A stretch of 64,000 bases of DNA. Source: Zygnema circumcarinatum SAG 698-1b (Eukaryota > Plantae > Zygnematophyceae). The notes beneath the pieces are model-generated. The model did not search any database. It was not told where the DNA came from and saw only the letters and a program-made list of their open reading frames with translations. Below are positions 12,057 to 23,637 of this stretch, one piece after another. The position numbers and the translations under genes are program-made. The first letter of the stretch is position 1; the number at the start of each line of letters is the position of its first letter. The stretch spans positions 1,550,001 through 1,614,000 of the forward strand of contig CM074817.1 of NCBI GenBank assembly GCA_037447605.1, in the 5' to 3' direction.

Positions 12057-12088
12057 TTGATGGCATCGCCATCGTGAGATCAATGCCA
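12057..12088 (-). repeat. Partial copy A of the dispersed ~80-bp repeat
   Basis: ttgatggcatcgccatcgtgagatcaatgcca is near-identical to part of copy G (56457-56537). Confidence 0.75.
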
Positions 12089-12612
12089 ATTCTATTCTTC
12101 TGGTTAATGTCTTTTACAATGACGAATGAATACGCTTGGAGTCAATCACTGTTCCATCACCCCTCCAACCACAATCAACTTAGCTAAAAAAATAAAAAAA
12201 ACGTTGAAGTTAAGAACGTCCTGTTTGCGAGACACCGCAGTGCAGTGCAGTGCCTGCATTCACCCCCAGGGCCGCGAATGCAGCCTTTTTTTTTTCTTTT
12301 CCTTTTTCTAAGAAGTGAAAAAGCCCTAAACGGAGGGCATGGCGCCACTTCTGGAGCCGCGTGCTGGCGCCTGCTGGCTCCCATTCACCACGTGGCACAT
12401 CCAGTTGGACGCCACGTGGCATGTCCAGCTGGACGCAATGTGGCGACATTTCGGCAGCCTACTTCCGCCCCTCCGAGACCTTCCCCTCAGAGCCAATCAC
12501 GGTGTGCCACGTATGCATACGGCATGACGTGACAAGCTATGATTGATCGAGACTGAACACAGTACGCTCATGATGGAAGGTCCCTCCGCCCTTATTTGAG
12601 GGTAGAAGTGAC

Positions 12613-12616
<4 letters not shown>

Positions 12617-12658
<42 letters not shown>
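12617..12658. repeat. (CT)21 microsatellite
   Basis: Read directly from the sequence. Confidence 0.95.
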
Positions 12659-12661
<3 letters not shown>

Positions 12662-13571
12662 CTTCAGCTCGGACGCTGCGCTTCTGCAGAGCTGGCGCTC
12701 AGATTGGCTCCAATGTCAGTGACGGCTGGCTTTTTCTTTCAGGCGAATGTCTACTTTTGCTGATGCGTGCATGCATGCCTTGTTCTGTGAACTCTTGTGC
12801 TTGCAAGATTGCAGAATTCTGCAAGCACCGAGCTTGCTTCTTCCTCCTGTACAGGAGTAGCTTGTTGCGCCCGATAGTTTCACTGCTCTTTTTCTTCTGA
12901 ACTTTTAGGAAGCTCAAGTCAAATCCTTCACGAAATAGTGAAGCAGTGAAAGTCATCCGTTTGTCAAACAAGTGAATAAAAAGGAATTTTTTGGCATTCA
13001 AATTTCCCTTGTCTTCTGTAGTGACTCGATATGGAGAGCCGCTGAGGATGCGAAACATATTCATTGAAACCCATTCATTCATTCGCATCCAACTGAAGAT
13101 ATCTTTTGTTAGTGCTTAACCAAGGATGTGTATATCAAAGAAGTGTCGGAGCGGCAACTCTATAAGATTTCATGTTGAAAGCAAGGCACTCAACAGCGTG
13201 CTATGACGCAAAAACTCTGTAATATCGTCACTTTCACGTCGGATTATTTTCTTTGAAGCCCACTTTCGTCGTTCGTGTCATTTGCTTTTTTAGGTATCCA
13301 ATCAACGCATTGTGAAGAGGTCACATCTCCCGTCTCAACATTTTCCAACTCTGGTTTGGGTTTGGTTAACGTCATTGTATCAGAAAGGAAATGATTAACG
13401 ATATTAACCAAGTTTATGCGGCACATTCGGTTGCTTGAACATGCGAAATCTTCCACTGGCTCATCTGTTTGCAGATTTTGCTCGCTTCCTAAGAGGCTCC
13501 GCTGGACTGAACCATACCCTCCAAGAATCCTCGTCTCGCTTGAGTTTCATAAAGGACCGTCACGTTACACA

Positions 13572-16082
13572 ATGGCATCTGGAGGCAGCAACGTTCAGAA
13601 TCTCGGCCCTTCCACAGATGTTCTGGAGATTTTCAATTCCCCAAATCCGGAGGGGGTGAAAATTCCTCGCATCGGATTGGGAGTATTCCAGGTGATTACT
13701 CCCTCAGATATACAGCAAGTGTTTCACAGTATTGAATGTGCAGGTGAGGGAAATCATGCAATTAGAGCTAGCATATGGCAGCTTGGATTGGAAACGCAGT
13801 AGGATGTTGCCTCTTGAAGAACTAGTTTAGTAGAGCTGATTTATAGTCACAACTGTGCAGCTAGAATTTTGGTAGTTTTGCGGTGTTTCCGTTTTGGGAC
13901 GATGTCGAGGTATAGGTTTCCCTCTTGTTGATTTCCAGCAGCTTGACATTGCCCAGACTATTGCGCATGACAGGCATCATCAAACGAGACTGAGCAGGCA
14001 GTGAAGGTTGCCCTAGAGGAGGGCTATCGCCATATCGACACTGCGGCCCTGTACAGAAATGAAGGAGCTGTCGGTGGGCATTTTTCTCACTATTTGAACA
14101 GATCCATTGATGTCTTGTTCTGTAAAATCTTTCTATACCTTCATATAAGTGTCAGCAATAAAGGCGAGAGTCATGGAAAGCTTATCCTTTTGTTCACAGC
14201 CTTGTCGTAATTATAGGAATGTCCACCTGTTAAGTCATCTACTTCTGCAGTTGGTGGAAGGCATGTATGAGAAGGGGACGGTTCTGGGAGGGTTGGCAGG
14301 GCAGGCAGGGCAGTGAGAGCATCCGGCATTCCCCGAGAGGAAATATTCGTGACAACAAAGCTTTGGAACTCCGATCACGGCTTTCAGAAGACATTGCAGG
14401 CCTTCGATCGAAGTCTTTCACAGTTGGGGCTGGAATATGGTGAGTTGCCGATGCTGCTGCTCTCTCTTCACTTCTCTTCCATTTCCATCAGACTTTCTTT
14501 TAGTGTTTTTCCTGTTCGGGCATTGTACTGCAAGTGTGAGCATACTCAAAGAATCAAGTTTTTGACAAGGTTTTCCCTTCTTGTAATATGTTCTCTCCAT
14601 CTAAAAGTCAGTCCTTGTATTTCCCCTTTTCCAGACCATTTTCAGCAGATATGTGAGCTTAAGGTAGGCTGGTGACTTTTGAGGGGCTGTTTTTTGCAGT
14701 CGATCTGTACTTGATCCACTCCCCCATGCCTGCTCAGCAACGGCTTGAATCCTGGCGAGCCATGGAAGCTATTTTGGCTTCTGGAAAGGCGCGTTCAATT
14801 GGTGTCAGCAATTACGGCATTGCTCACCTGGAGGAGCTTTTTGCCAACTGTTCCATTCGGCCATCCGTCAATCAGGTTGATCTCTTTATCTCTAAGGAGC
14901 TTTTGGATTGCAGTTGCTGGGAGTCGATTTCTGCAGCGGCACAGTCAATATGTACTTAGATTAGAGTTTCATGATGTAACGTTTGCGCGCATTTTGTTGG
15001 CATAGTTAGCAGGTTTTAGTTCCCTAAGCTTCCCGAAAGAGTTGATTGCGATGATGTGAAATAGGAGACCAGGTCAGCAGAAATAGCAGAGTTACTGCGG
15101 TTTAAGTCTTTCACAGGAGGGGGAGGGGAATGGGCTCTTCCCAGATTGAACTTCATCCATTCTGCACGCGTGTGAAACTTGTCCAATATTGCCAAAATGC
15201 CGGCATTGTTCTTGAGGCATATTCTCCACTCACAAAAGGCTATCGTCTGAATGACCCCCTCTTGGTCCAGGTAAGCTCCACTGATCATGAACGCACTGTG
15301 ACGGAAAACATCACATCTGAACTTCTGATATGAAACCACTTTGAAGGTCACTCCACCCAGTGTCATAGTGAACAAAATTAGGGTTAAGTAGACTGAGCTC
15401 ATTCTGCATGAAAGTTTCTTTGTGAATGAGGGAGCTAGCTTTTGCAAGGTATGTGGGAATCGGAGGGATTTTCTGTTTACGGCTTTTTTGCTCAGAAGTT
15501 GGAGTATTTGGCTCTCAGGGTTGCTGTTGGGTGCTGCAACTTTACTGCAACTTTACAACTTTACTTTGCAACTTTACAACTTTACTTTGCAACTTTACAA
15601 CTTTACTTTGCAACTTTACTGTGACAGCTTGGGAAGAAGTATCAGACGACGCCAGCACAGGTCCTGATTCGTTGGGGATTGCAAAAATATTTTGTTGTGC
15701 TGCCCAAGTCAGTAACTCCGGCGCGAATTGCTTCTAATGCTCGGGTGAGGAAATCTGCACACCCTGGCTGCTGCTCTGCACTCATATGGACTGCCTCATG
15801 GTGGATAGTTTCTGCATTCCCGTTTTGCGAGACAAAAGATTAGAAACCAACGAACAACTCTAAGCAGTGCTGGAGTACAAGTGGGGTTTACACTTTTGTA
15901 ATGTCCTTCATTTTTACTCTAGATGATTGAGCACCTTTCTGCCACCGACTGAAAAATTAACATTTGTTGTCTCCCTTCAATGCCAGGTGTACGATTTTGA
16001 GATTTCTGGAGAGGACATGAGCCGCTTGGATGCCCTCAATGAGAACTTCGTGACTGGGTGGGATCCCACCACCTGTCCATAG
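13572..16082 (+). CDS. Aldo-keto reductase (AKR5 / 2,5-DKG-reductase-like), multi-exon
   Basis: [55 protein letters not shown]|[28 protein letters not shown] and ENFVTGWDP*, joined at GT-AG junctions. Confidence 0.92.
15547..15620. repeat. Intronic minisatellite, 3.5 copies of GCAACTTTACAACTTTACTTT (21 bp)
   Basis: Three perfect copies plus a partial copy, ending just before the 3' splice site of an AKR intron. Confidence 0.95.
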
Positions 16083-17116
16083 TGCAACCAGAACAAGCAG
16101 ACTTAAAAGCAGTCTTGTCATGCGACTTTCATTTTAGGTACTCCATATCGGATCGTATCCCCTCGTCACTTTGCTGATTTTGGAAAGCAATTGCTCTGTG
16201 CTCAGTTCAACAAGTTGTGTCTTTTTGCAAACGAGCTTCACCAATTCTGTGACTGTTCCTCTTCACGTCCTTCGAAAGGGTTCCAGGGACTGCTTCGCTC
16301 TCTTGTATATAGAAATAGAGGCGTTTCGGAGGTGTCCATGTTTTTCAATTGGCTTGAAGGGCCATCAAGTACTAAGAAAGAAACCGGTCCAAACCTGATG
16401 CTGAAGAGAATGTGTAACAATGGCACTGGACGAAAACTTCCCTGGGTAATCAAATGGGTCTATGGCTATGCGGCGATGCGGTTCGACGATGTCCGCCTTT
16501 GAGCAACCAAAAGCTGTTGTTGAGGCAGAGTTTAAAGGCATTGCCGTTAAACGATGTGTGGTCGGATGGTCATCATTGGTTGGTTGCTTGTTGGTGGTTG
16601 GTAGTTCGGTTGCTACGCTGCTAGTTGGCTGGTTTTTATTGTTTGGTTGGCTGCTTGGTCCCTTGATAGGTTGGTTGAACAAGTATGGTGTAGTATTGGT
16701 TCTAAAGGACAACATTGGTGAGCTCGGCAAGTGAGAGAACGCAAGATCAATATTTCAATAACGGGAAAAAACAATGGACATGTAGACCCATTATCAAACT
16801 TGCTGACCTCGACAACTTACTGTTCTCATAAGATTAGAATGCCACCTGTCATATTGTCCTCAAATTGGCGATGTCTCTTGCCTGCCAAAATCATGACAAA
16901 AGAGTTCTCGTTTTCCAGCTGTACACGGCAGACCGCATCTGAGGGAAGCCGTCTACTTGATACCACTCAATAACAATAATACTTTGTGCGCCCACATGTT
17001 CCTACTCGATTGCTTGTTCAGAGCCGTCAGTCAGAAACTTCGGCGGCTGTAAGCAAAATGGAATGCAGACCTCCCCCTACTCCTCCTTGAGGCTTCCCTT
17101 CCCGTCACCTTCCTTT

Positions 17117-20100
17117 TCACAAAACCACGCAATGCCTGTTTCCAGACTTGAGGTGAGCCGACGGGACCCCTCTCACCCAGAGGCTTCTGAAGAGCGCCCA
17201 CACCTTCCGCCGCCTTCCACAGGCCGCAACTCCATACAAACACGCGCAGGAAAGGCCCGCCCAAACTACTGCATGGAAGCGCCCATGGATAAAGGAGAAT
17301 CCATCTTCTTCTGCGGTGACAAGACATGCATATCATAAGCAGTGCACATCTATGCGGCTACATGCATAAGCAGTAAAGAAAGAACCCATCTGTACTTGCT
17401 ATCCTTAAGGAGCTAAATGCCTCGGCCCAGACATTCCTAAGAAGGCGTTTTTTGAACTTTTGCGATAAGTACCTGCTTCTTTAGAAGAGCGCACTCTCAC
17501 CGAGGGTGAGGAAACAATTGGTTCTACAGGAAGGGGTGAACCGGGTGAAGGCGGAAGGAAATCGCTATCCAAAGTTGAGCCCTTTGGCTGATAATCTGAT
17601 CCCTCTTCTCCCCACAGCCAAGGAACAAATCAACAAGCACACATCTATCTCTCTGGAGATGACCCGATTCTGAAAAGAACCAACTCCTATAGATGGGGCT
17701 GGAAGTGTAATCAAATTTTCTACTGTTGCCGCGGAACCTACATTCAAGTTTAGCTTTGAAACTTATGCTTCCTTGAAACTGCTGTTATGACAAAGCCAGA
17801 ATTCTCCCAGAGGATTAAGCACCACCTTCAGGCTATAATTGAAAATCAAGAGCTCTGAGTTCTGAGACCTTTACCCTGCAAGTGAACATTGACAGGTTTT
17901 CCTTCAAGAGAGTGCCTTCTTGAATTGGGCATGGGCTGCCCTCTCACGCATTAAAATAGTGATTTCCTAACAGAGCGCAGAGCAAAGTGCTTTACCAGCC
18001 TCCACCAGGTCCGCTGGAAAGACCGTCAGCTGTTCTCCACTGGTAAGATCTTTCCCTGTCGTGCCTGCACCACCAATGACCCCTATAAGTCAAATAGATA
18101 AAAGCAAGCCCTCACCTTTCTCCCGTTCCAAGGCTGAAGATTCATATACACAGGACTGACAGTTGCCCTTAGAGTAATAAACGGCGAGCATGCCCGTCTG
18201 ACCTCTACATGGCTGCATGGACTCTTATTAAGGACCTACTGAGATTGTGCTCACAGTTGATAGCTCGCCAGCCGATTCTGTTGTTGGCTCGATCAAACAG
18301 CAGGTCAAAGTTCTGTAACCAGGTGTCTGCCCCCCCATCCACTTCGTCTTCAATGCAAACAAAGAGAAATTGTGTTCAAGTGTATGCTGCAAGTGCAACA
18401 TTGACAGAATCACAAAAGTGAATCGCTGTCTACAAAGAGACATGTCTTTTACATACGTCGAGGATGTAAAAAATTGACGATGGCAGAGTGTAGCTCACCA
18501 CCCAAAACGATATCGGAACGGGCAGAAGGAGCTGCTGCAAGGCATACAGTAGACTCATAGTCGAGAGCCTGTGCCAAATCCAACGTGTTTATTGGTAGTT
18601 ACATATCTTGCCGTTGAATCAGAATCGCGCTTCCGTGCAATCAGACTATAGTGACACATTTGGATTTTTTCTCCAAACCAATTTTTCAAACCATTCTGTT
18701 TGCAATTAAGTGGACGCGAGACTCAAACTAACCTCTGACACGAGGTAATTGAATGGCGGAACTATCCACGCAAAATTGTCCACAGTAATAAGAGTCAGAG
18801 AAGGAAAGAGGCGCAGAAGACGTGCATTTGTCCTGCAAGGAAGGCAGCAAGGAGGAAAGGAGTTGCTCCTTATGACCCACCGCTTCTCCTTCTCACTATC
18901 TCTAACATACACACTCTCTCTCTCGCGCTCTCTCTGTCAATCTGTTTCCTCGCTCCACCTAAGTCCCAAAGAGATCAAGGGGAGCTTAAGAGTTGTTGCT
19001 GACCATATCACACTTAAAAGCAAATTTATCTATCTGATGTAGAGCTTGGATAGGAGCTCACAGTGGACCAAAGGATAGGTTGAAGCAGGTCAGGTTTAGG
19101 GGTCCTGAAAAAACTTCTTGCACTCCAACTGCTGTAAGGACCTGTCATATATAGAGAAGCCAACGAGTCACAAAAGAAAATGAAAAAAAAAAGCATATAT
19201 TTGAAACTTCCTGTCATATGCAAGGAAAGGAACATGAACTCAAAAGCATCCCAAAAGCTGCAGGACACCAAAGCTCGTACCATGGACTGCAGAGAAGCAT
19301 AGAGCTCTGCTGGGAGTGATGTGACAGTTGATCCAGTGTCCAGGATGGCGGCCAATGGAAAAATGCCACCTGCTTGCAAGTTTGTGGTGCCCCATGCAAT
19401 GCCTTTAACATGGATCACATAATACGAGCTGCGCCCCCCTGCAGTACTTTCTGCTTCAGCTTCCGCCATCATATCCCACCACATCAACTCAAAAAGCAAA
19501 CACCTCTTATCCAGCCGAGTTATACGGAAAGAGAAGAAGAGAAAGAAGAAGACGAAGAAGAAAGGAACGAACTCCAAGAAGAGAAGAGTTCCAAGGCAGA
19601 GGATGAATTTTTCAGCAGCGTCTTCCTCTTGCTAATCACTCCTACAGTAATTGCTAAACTTGTGGAAGGAATCGTATCCATACTCAGCTGCAGAACCGTG
19701 CAGAGCAGTATAAGTGGCTCCCCTTGAGAGCTCCGATCGTCCCAGAACAAGGTGGCCTCCTGTCCCGTCTCCCTCCAAGCAGAGAGAGAACGAGTCCGCT
19801 ATAAAACTTGCAGCAGCCAGTTGGCTCACCACTGAGTAACCCTGCCTCCCGAGGCCCATCAGCCCATCAAAGGATGCTCGATGCAGAGTGTTCCCATCCT
19901 GAACCTGCCCACAACTGCCATGTGGCTCCTCCATGCCAACATGTAATGAGTATTAGGGGCTCATGTAGCTCATGTTTCTCCTTCCTCTCTCGTAAGTTCA
20001 GTTTCCTATCTCACCCTCCGACTACTATTTTCCATATTGACCGTTGAGTGTGAGCGCTTCCAATTGCAGGGTCACAGGGTACGAATGCTTACCCAAATGC

Positions 20101-22205
20101 AACAGGTGCAGAAGCAGACCCAATCATGAAATTGTCCTTAAGAATGCGTCCTGCCGTCGTACTCCTGTCGCCATAGACATAGTAGTATTGGCAAAGCTCG
20201 TCACTCTCTGCAAAGGGCACTAAAGCTTCAGCTGATGCGTTCCGCTGCAGAACCTCCATGGATGCCTTTGCCAGCACGTGGCATCCCACCTGAGAAACTA
20301 AGTCTGCGGAAAACTTCTTGCAAAGTTCGCTCCCACAAGGGATCACTTCAAGGGTTTTTGAGGCACGGGAATCGAATGGTCTACTAGCTGTCTGCAGACA
20401 TAACAAAGTAAAACAGAATCTGACTTAATCTGCGAGATCAAAATCAGATTCCGCTGAGTGCTGAGAGTATGTGTGAAGGAATGGAGATAAATCTGAGGAA
20501 CGAGGTCGGTGAAGTGAAGGCAATGGTAAGCATATATGATGAAAAGATCTGAGCAACTACATACCCCGTGCAGCAAAGTTGTCGCACAGACAATGCAGTC
20601 ACAAGGCACCCAAAGAAGGTCGCTTCCCGTGTCAATCTGCAAGTTGAAGAGCTGCCGTTGAGCCCCTATAGCGACTGTCGCATAATAACCTCTGCATACC
20701 GAGCCATCAAAACCTTAGAAACAAACTCTTCATCAGGGGGAGTTTAACCCCATAGCAAACCATCAAGCAGGAGAGCAGAACTGTCGCATTTGACAGAAAT
20801 GTCGACGGTGGAAGTTGCACGTGAAACCAATGAATCACTTTTTGACAGAGTTGCTGAGATGTCCTAATCCTCTGAAAATAAAGGAATGTTTCGTAATTTT
20901 ACGAATCTCAAGTACGACAACAACATGAGATATGCTATCACCACCTCTCCTGATGTGCATTGGATACATACCTATGCATTCACGGAAACTGCACTCCAGT
21001 TCTTACTAGACACATTAGCTCCTCCATGTTCAGAAATTAGCTAAACACAAACATTACAACAAGAAAACGAAATGCACCTTCTGAAAGAAGGCCAGAAAAT
21101 CTCAGCGAAGTTTGACGACACTGCATATTGTCTTTTAAAGAGTTGCACAGCCAGGCACATGCTTACCCACTGACGTAGACTCCTCCCCCAAGATGAAACC
21201 CCATCTGTGACGCTGCACTTGCATCTTGCAAAGCTCGGCGTCGGACCCCCTGCCGCGTCATGATTTGATTTAAACCCTGAGGACAAAACAATGGTGATGC
21301 TCACTCTTAAAGCAGATGTACGATAGGAGGCCGTGTAAGTTACAGCTGGAGAAGGCAAGGATGGAACGAACGAGTATGCCCTTGCCAAACTGATTCTGTA
21401 TGCTCCGAGGTCTCAACGACCATGTGTGTGCAGCTAGCACGGCTCACTCAGAAAAATTGGCAGCATAACAATGGTGTGTGATGAATGTGCACTATATCTC
21501 ATCAGCCATCTTGTGATACTCCTAAATCTTCAGTTTCTGAACCAGAGCATCAATACATGGTCAGAATATACCTCGTCTTGGGATGTAGTCAGCACTGCCT
21601 GCTTCACAACAGGAAAATATGCGGCAGGGCCTGATATCTGAAGCCATGGCGGAGCTAAATGAAGGTTTCCGACCAGAAGGCTGTTTTCAGCATGTGCTTG
21701 AACTCGATCCCGCAGGGCAGCAACTTTCTGCTGGACCTGTTCATCGCCACTGCCATGTTACTGAACGGATGCAAGCCATTTTCTTAGTAAGGCGATTACG
21801 GCTTAGAATGCGAACAGTTACCTCGATGATTCGTCAGAGTTTGAATAGTTCAACATTTTCCAAGGAAGAGAGAGAGGAAATAGACAAGTCTAAAGAAGAA
21901 CGGAAAGTAGAAAAATGAGCAAAGCAGCGGAAAGGAAGACGAAAGGAAGAGACGTGGTTTGCAGAGGGGAGGATGGAGAAGCAAGCTTATGAGGAGAAGG
22001 CGACAAGGGTGAGAGCTTGAAGCTTAGGGGGGAGAAAGAGCTGCAAGGTACAGGAGGTGTGCAAGGAGAAGAATGAGTGATGGCAAAAAGGGACAGCAAA
22101 ATTTGAGTGACGTACCTGTCCTGCTGGAATCTGCAGTGCCACAATGCACCACGCATGCAATGTTGCCAAAAAAACCTCTGTGGAGAAAAAGGAAGTGAAC
22201 CCCAT
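17117..22205 (-). CDS. A1-family (pepsin-like) aspartic protease with signal peptide and C-terminal transmembrane anchor, multi-exon
   Basis: Signal peptide MGFTSFFSTEVFLATLHAWCIVALQ (exon 22116-22205). Catalytic motifs QIDTGSDLLWVPC and ILDTGSTVT; also YGDRSTTAG, DGLMGLG, SFSLCL and FDLLFDRANNRIGW. Last exon has a TM (AVVWAGLSCACLYGVAAC) followed by RRRK. Some exons at 17.5-18.1 kb and 21-21.8 kb are unresolved. Confidence 0.85.
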
Positions 22206-23637
22206 AGTCTCAATTCCTGTGTCAAAAAAACATCCAATGTACTCCCCTATCTCATAAAATAGCCACGTGCTGCATTGACTCAATCAAATCAAAGCTGACT
22301 TTTTCTTCAGGAACATTGAAGCCTAACGTTACGTTAACTGCAGGCAAGACTGTGAACACCAGCAACGACTACATTCAGGCCATTTCCACTCTTTGTCCAC
22401 TCTGAATCTCAATAAACCTTACGACTATGCAGTGTTCAATTGAAATTTTCCGCACGGTTTCAGTGCTCATCTTGCCACATTTTCAAAACAGATTTGGAGA
22501 TAGTCTCCAAGTCATGAATACAAGAATGCCACAAAGTGCAATTAACCTAAGCATGCATGCGTCTTCACGATGATTGTAAATACTGGAGAATACTAGAAAA
22601 AAAAATCCAAAAACTTGCCTGCTTTTAGCCATGCTTACTCAAAAAATCTAAGTCGATTGTAGTTCCAACTACAGTCGAAGTGTAACTAAAAACACTTCTG
22701 TGTCTTCAATTTTCTTGACTATCACTTCTAAACGCTTTAGTATTACTTAAAGTATGCGACGTGAAGTTGTTGAGTAGTCAATGCGCAACAATTGCCTTCC
22801 AGAGTCGTCCTACAGAGCACCACATGTGTGCTTCCGAATCGGAAACAACAAGATGTAACAGCTGGCAGCACTTCTAGTGCAGCTTCAGTTTCAAGATTCC
22901 AGTGCAGTCATCTGCTTCATTATAGGTTTCCATTTGGTGGTCGACCAATGAGTTCTTCACTCTACGAAATGCTTGAGCACATGCCTCTTGCCACACCGCA
23001 CACTCAATGAAAAAGCCATTGAGCAATCCGAAAAAAACACTCTATTTGCAGCATTGCTGCAACTTGCATTGTATGCGCGACACGGCATTAGTGAACTACA
23101 GTATGTTAAGAATTTAAAGCCCACATACGCCACAAACTTGTTTAGAAATTTCAAACAAGTTCCAAAACGGCAGGGAATAATCTGGTAAAATGGCATGCAG
23201 ATGCAAGAGAAACAGAGGTCCATTCTGCTCAATCACAACCACTTACACTTCTTTCCTCTGCTGCCGCTCTCAAGGCAGCTGCGGGGCTGCCCTCCTCTCC
23301 ACCCTACCCGCGCCCGCCATATCCAAACATCTCGGCCCTGCCTGAAGCCCTGCCAAGACCAAAACCTTCACAGCCCGCCCTTCGCGCGTTGCAAGCAAGC
23401 GCTTTTCAAACCGTCCAGCTTCGTCCCCCTCTTGCACATGTAAGCTCCATCAACAAATGTTTTTTAGGGTGCCCGACTGACGTGGCATCTCATTATTGGG
23501 CTATTTTTAGTCCAAAGTTAAAGATGCGATGTAGGTCAACGGTCCTGAAATCCTGAAACAAGTGCTGCAGACTTGCAGTGCAGACGACTGCGCCACACTC
23601 TCCCTCGCAGGCGCGAGCGAGAGCGAGAGCGAGAGCC

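Noticed and set aside
12383-12450. Two to three ~26-bp repeats containing CCACGTGG, superficially CRISPR-like
   Set aside because: They are adjacent tandem copies with no spacers or cas genes, in eukaryotic DNA. They are G-box-containing promoter repeats.
16462-16734. Hydrophobic ORF (VVGWSSLVGCLLVVG...)
   Set aside because: It is explained by a TTGG-rich low-complexity tract between two convergent 3' ends, with no splice or homology support.
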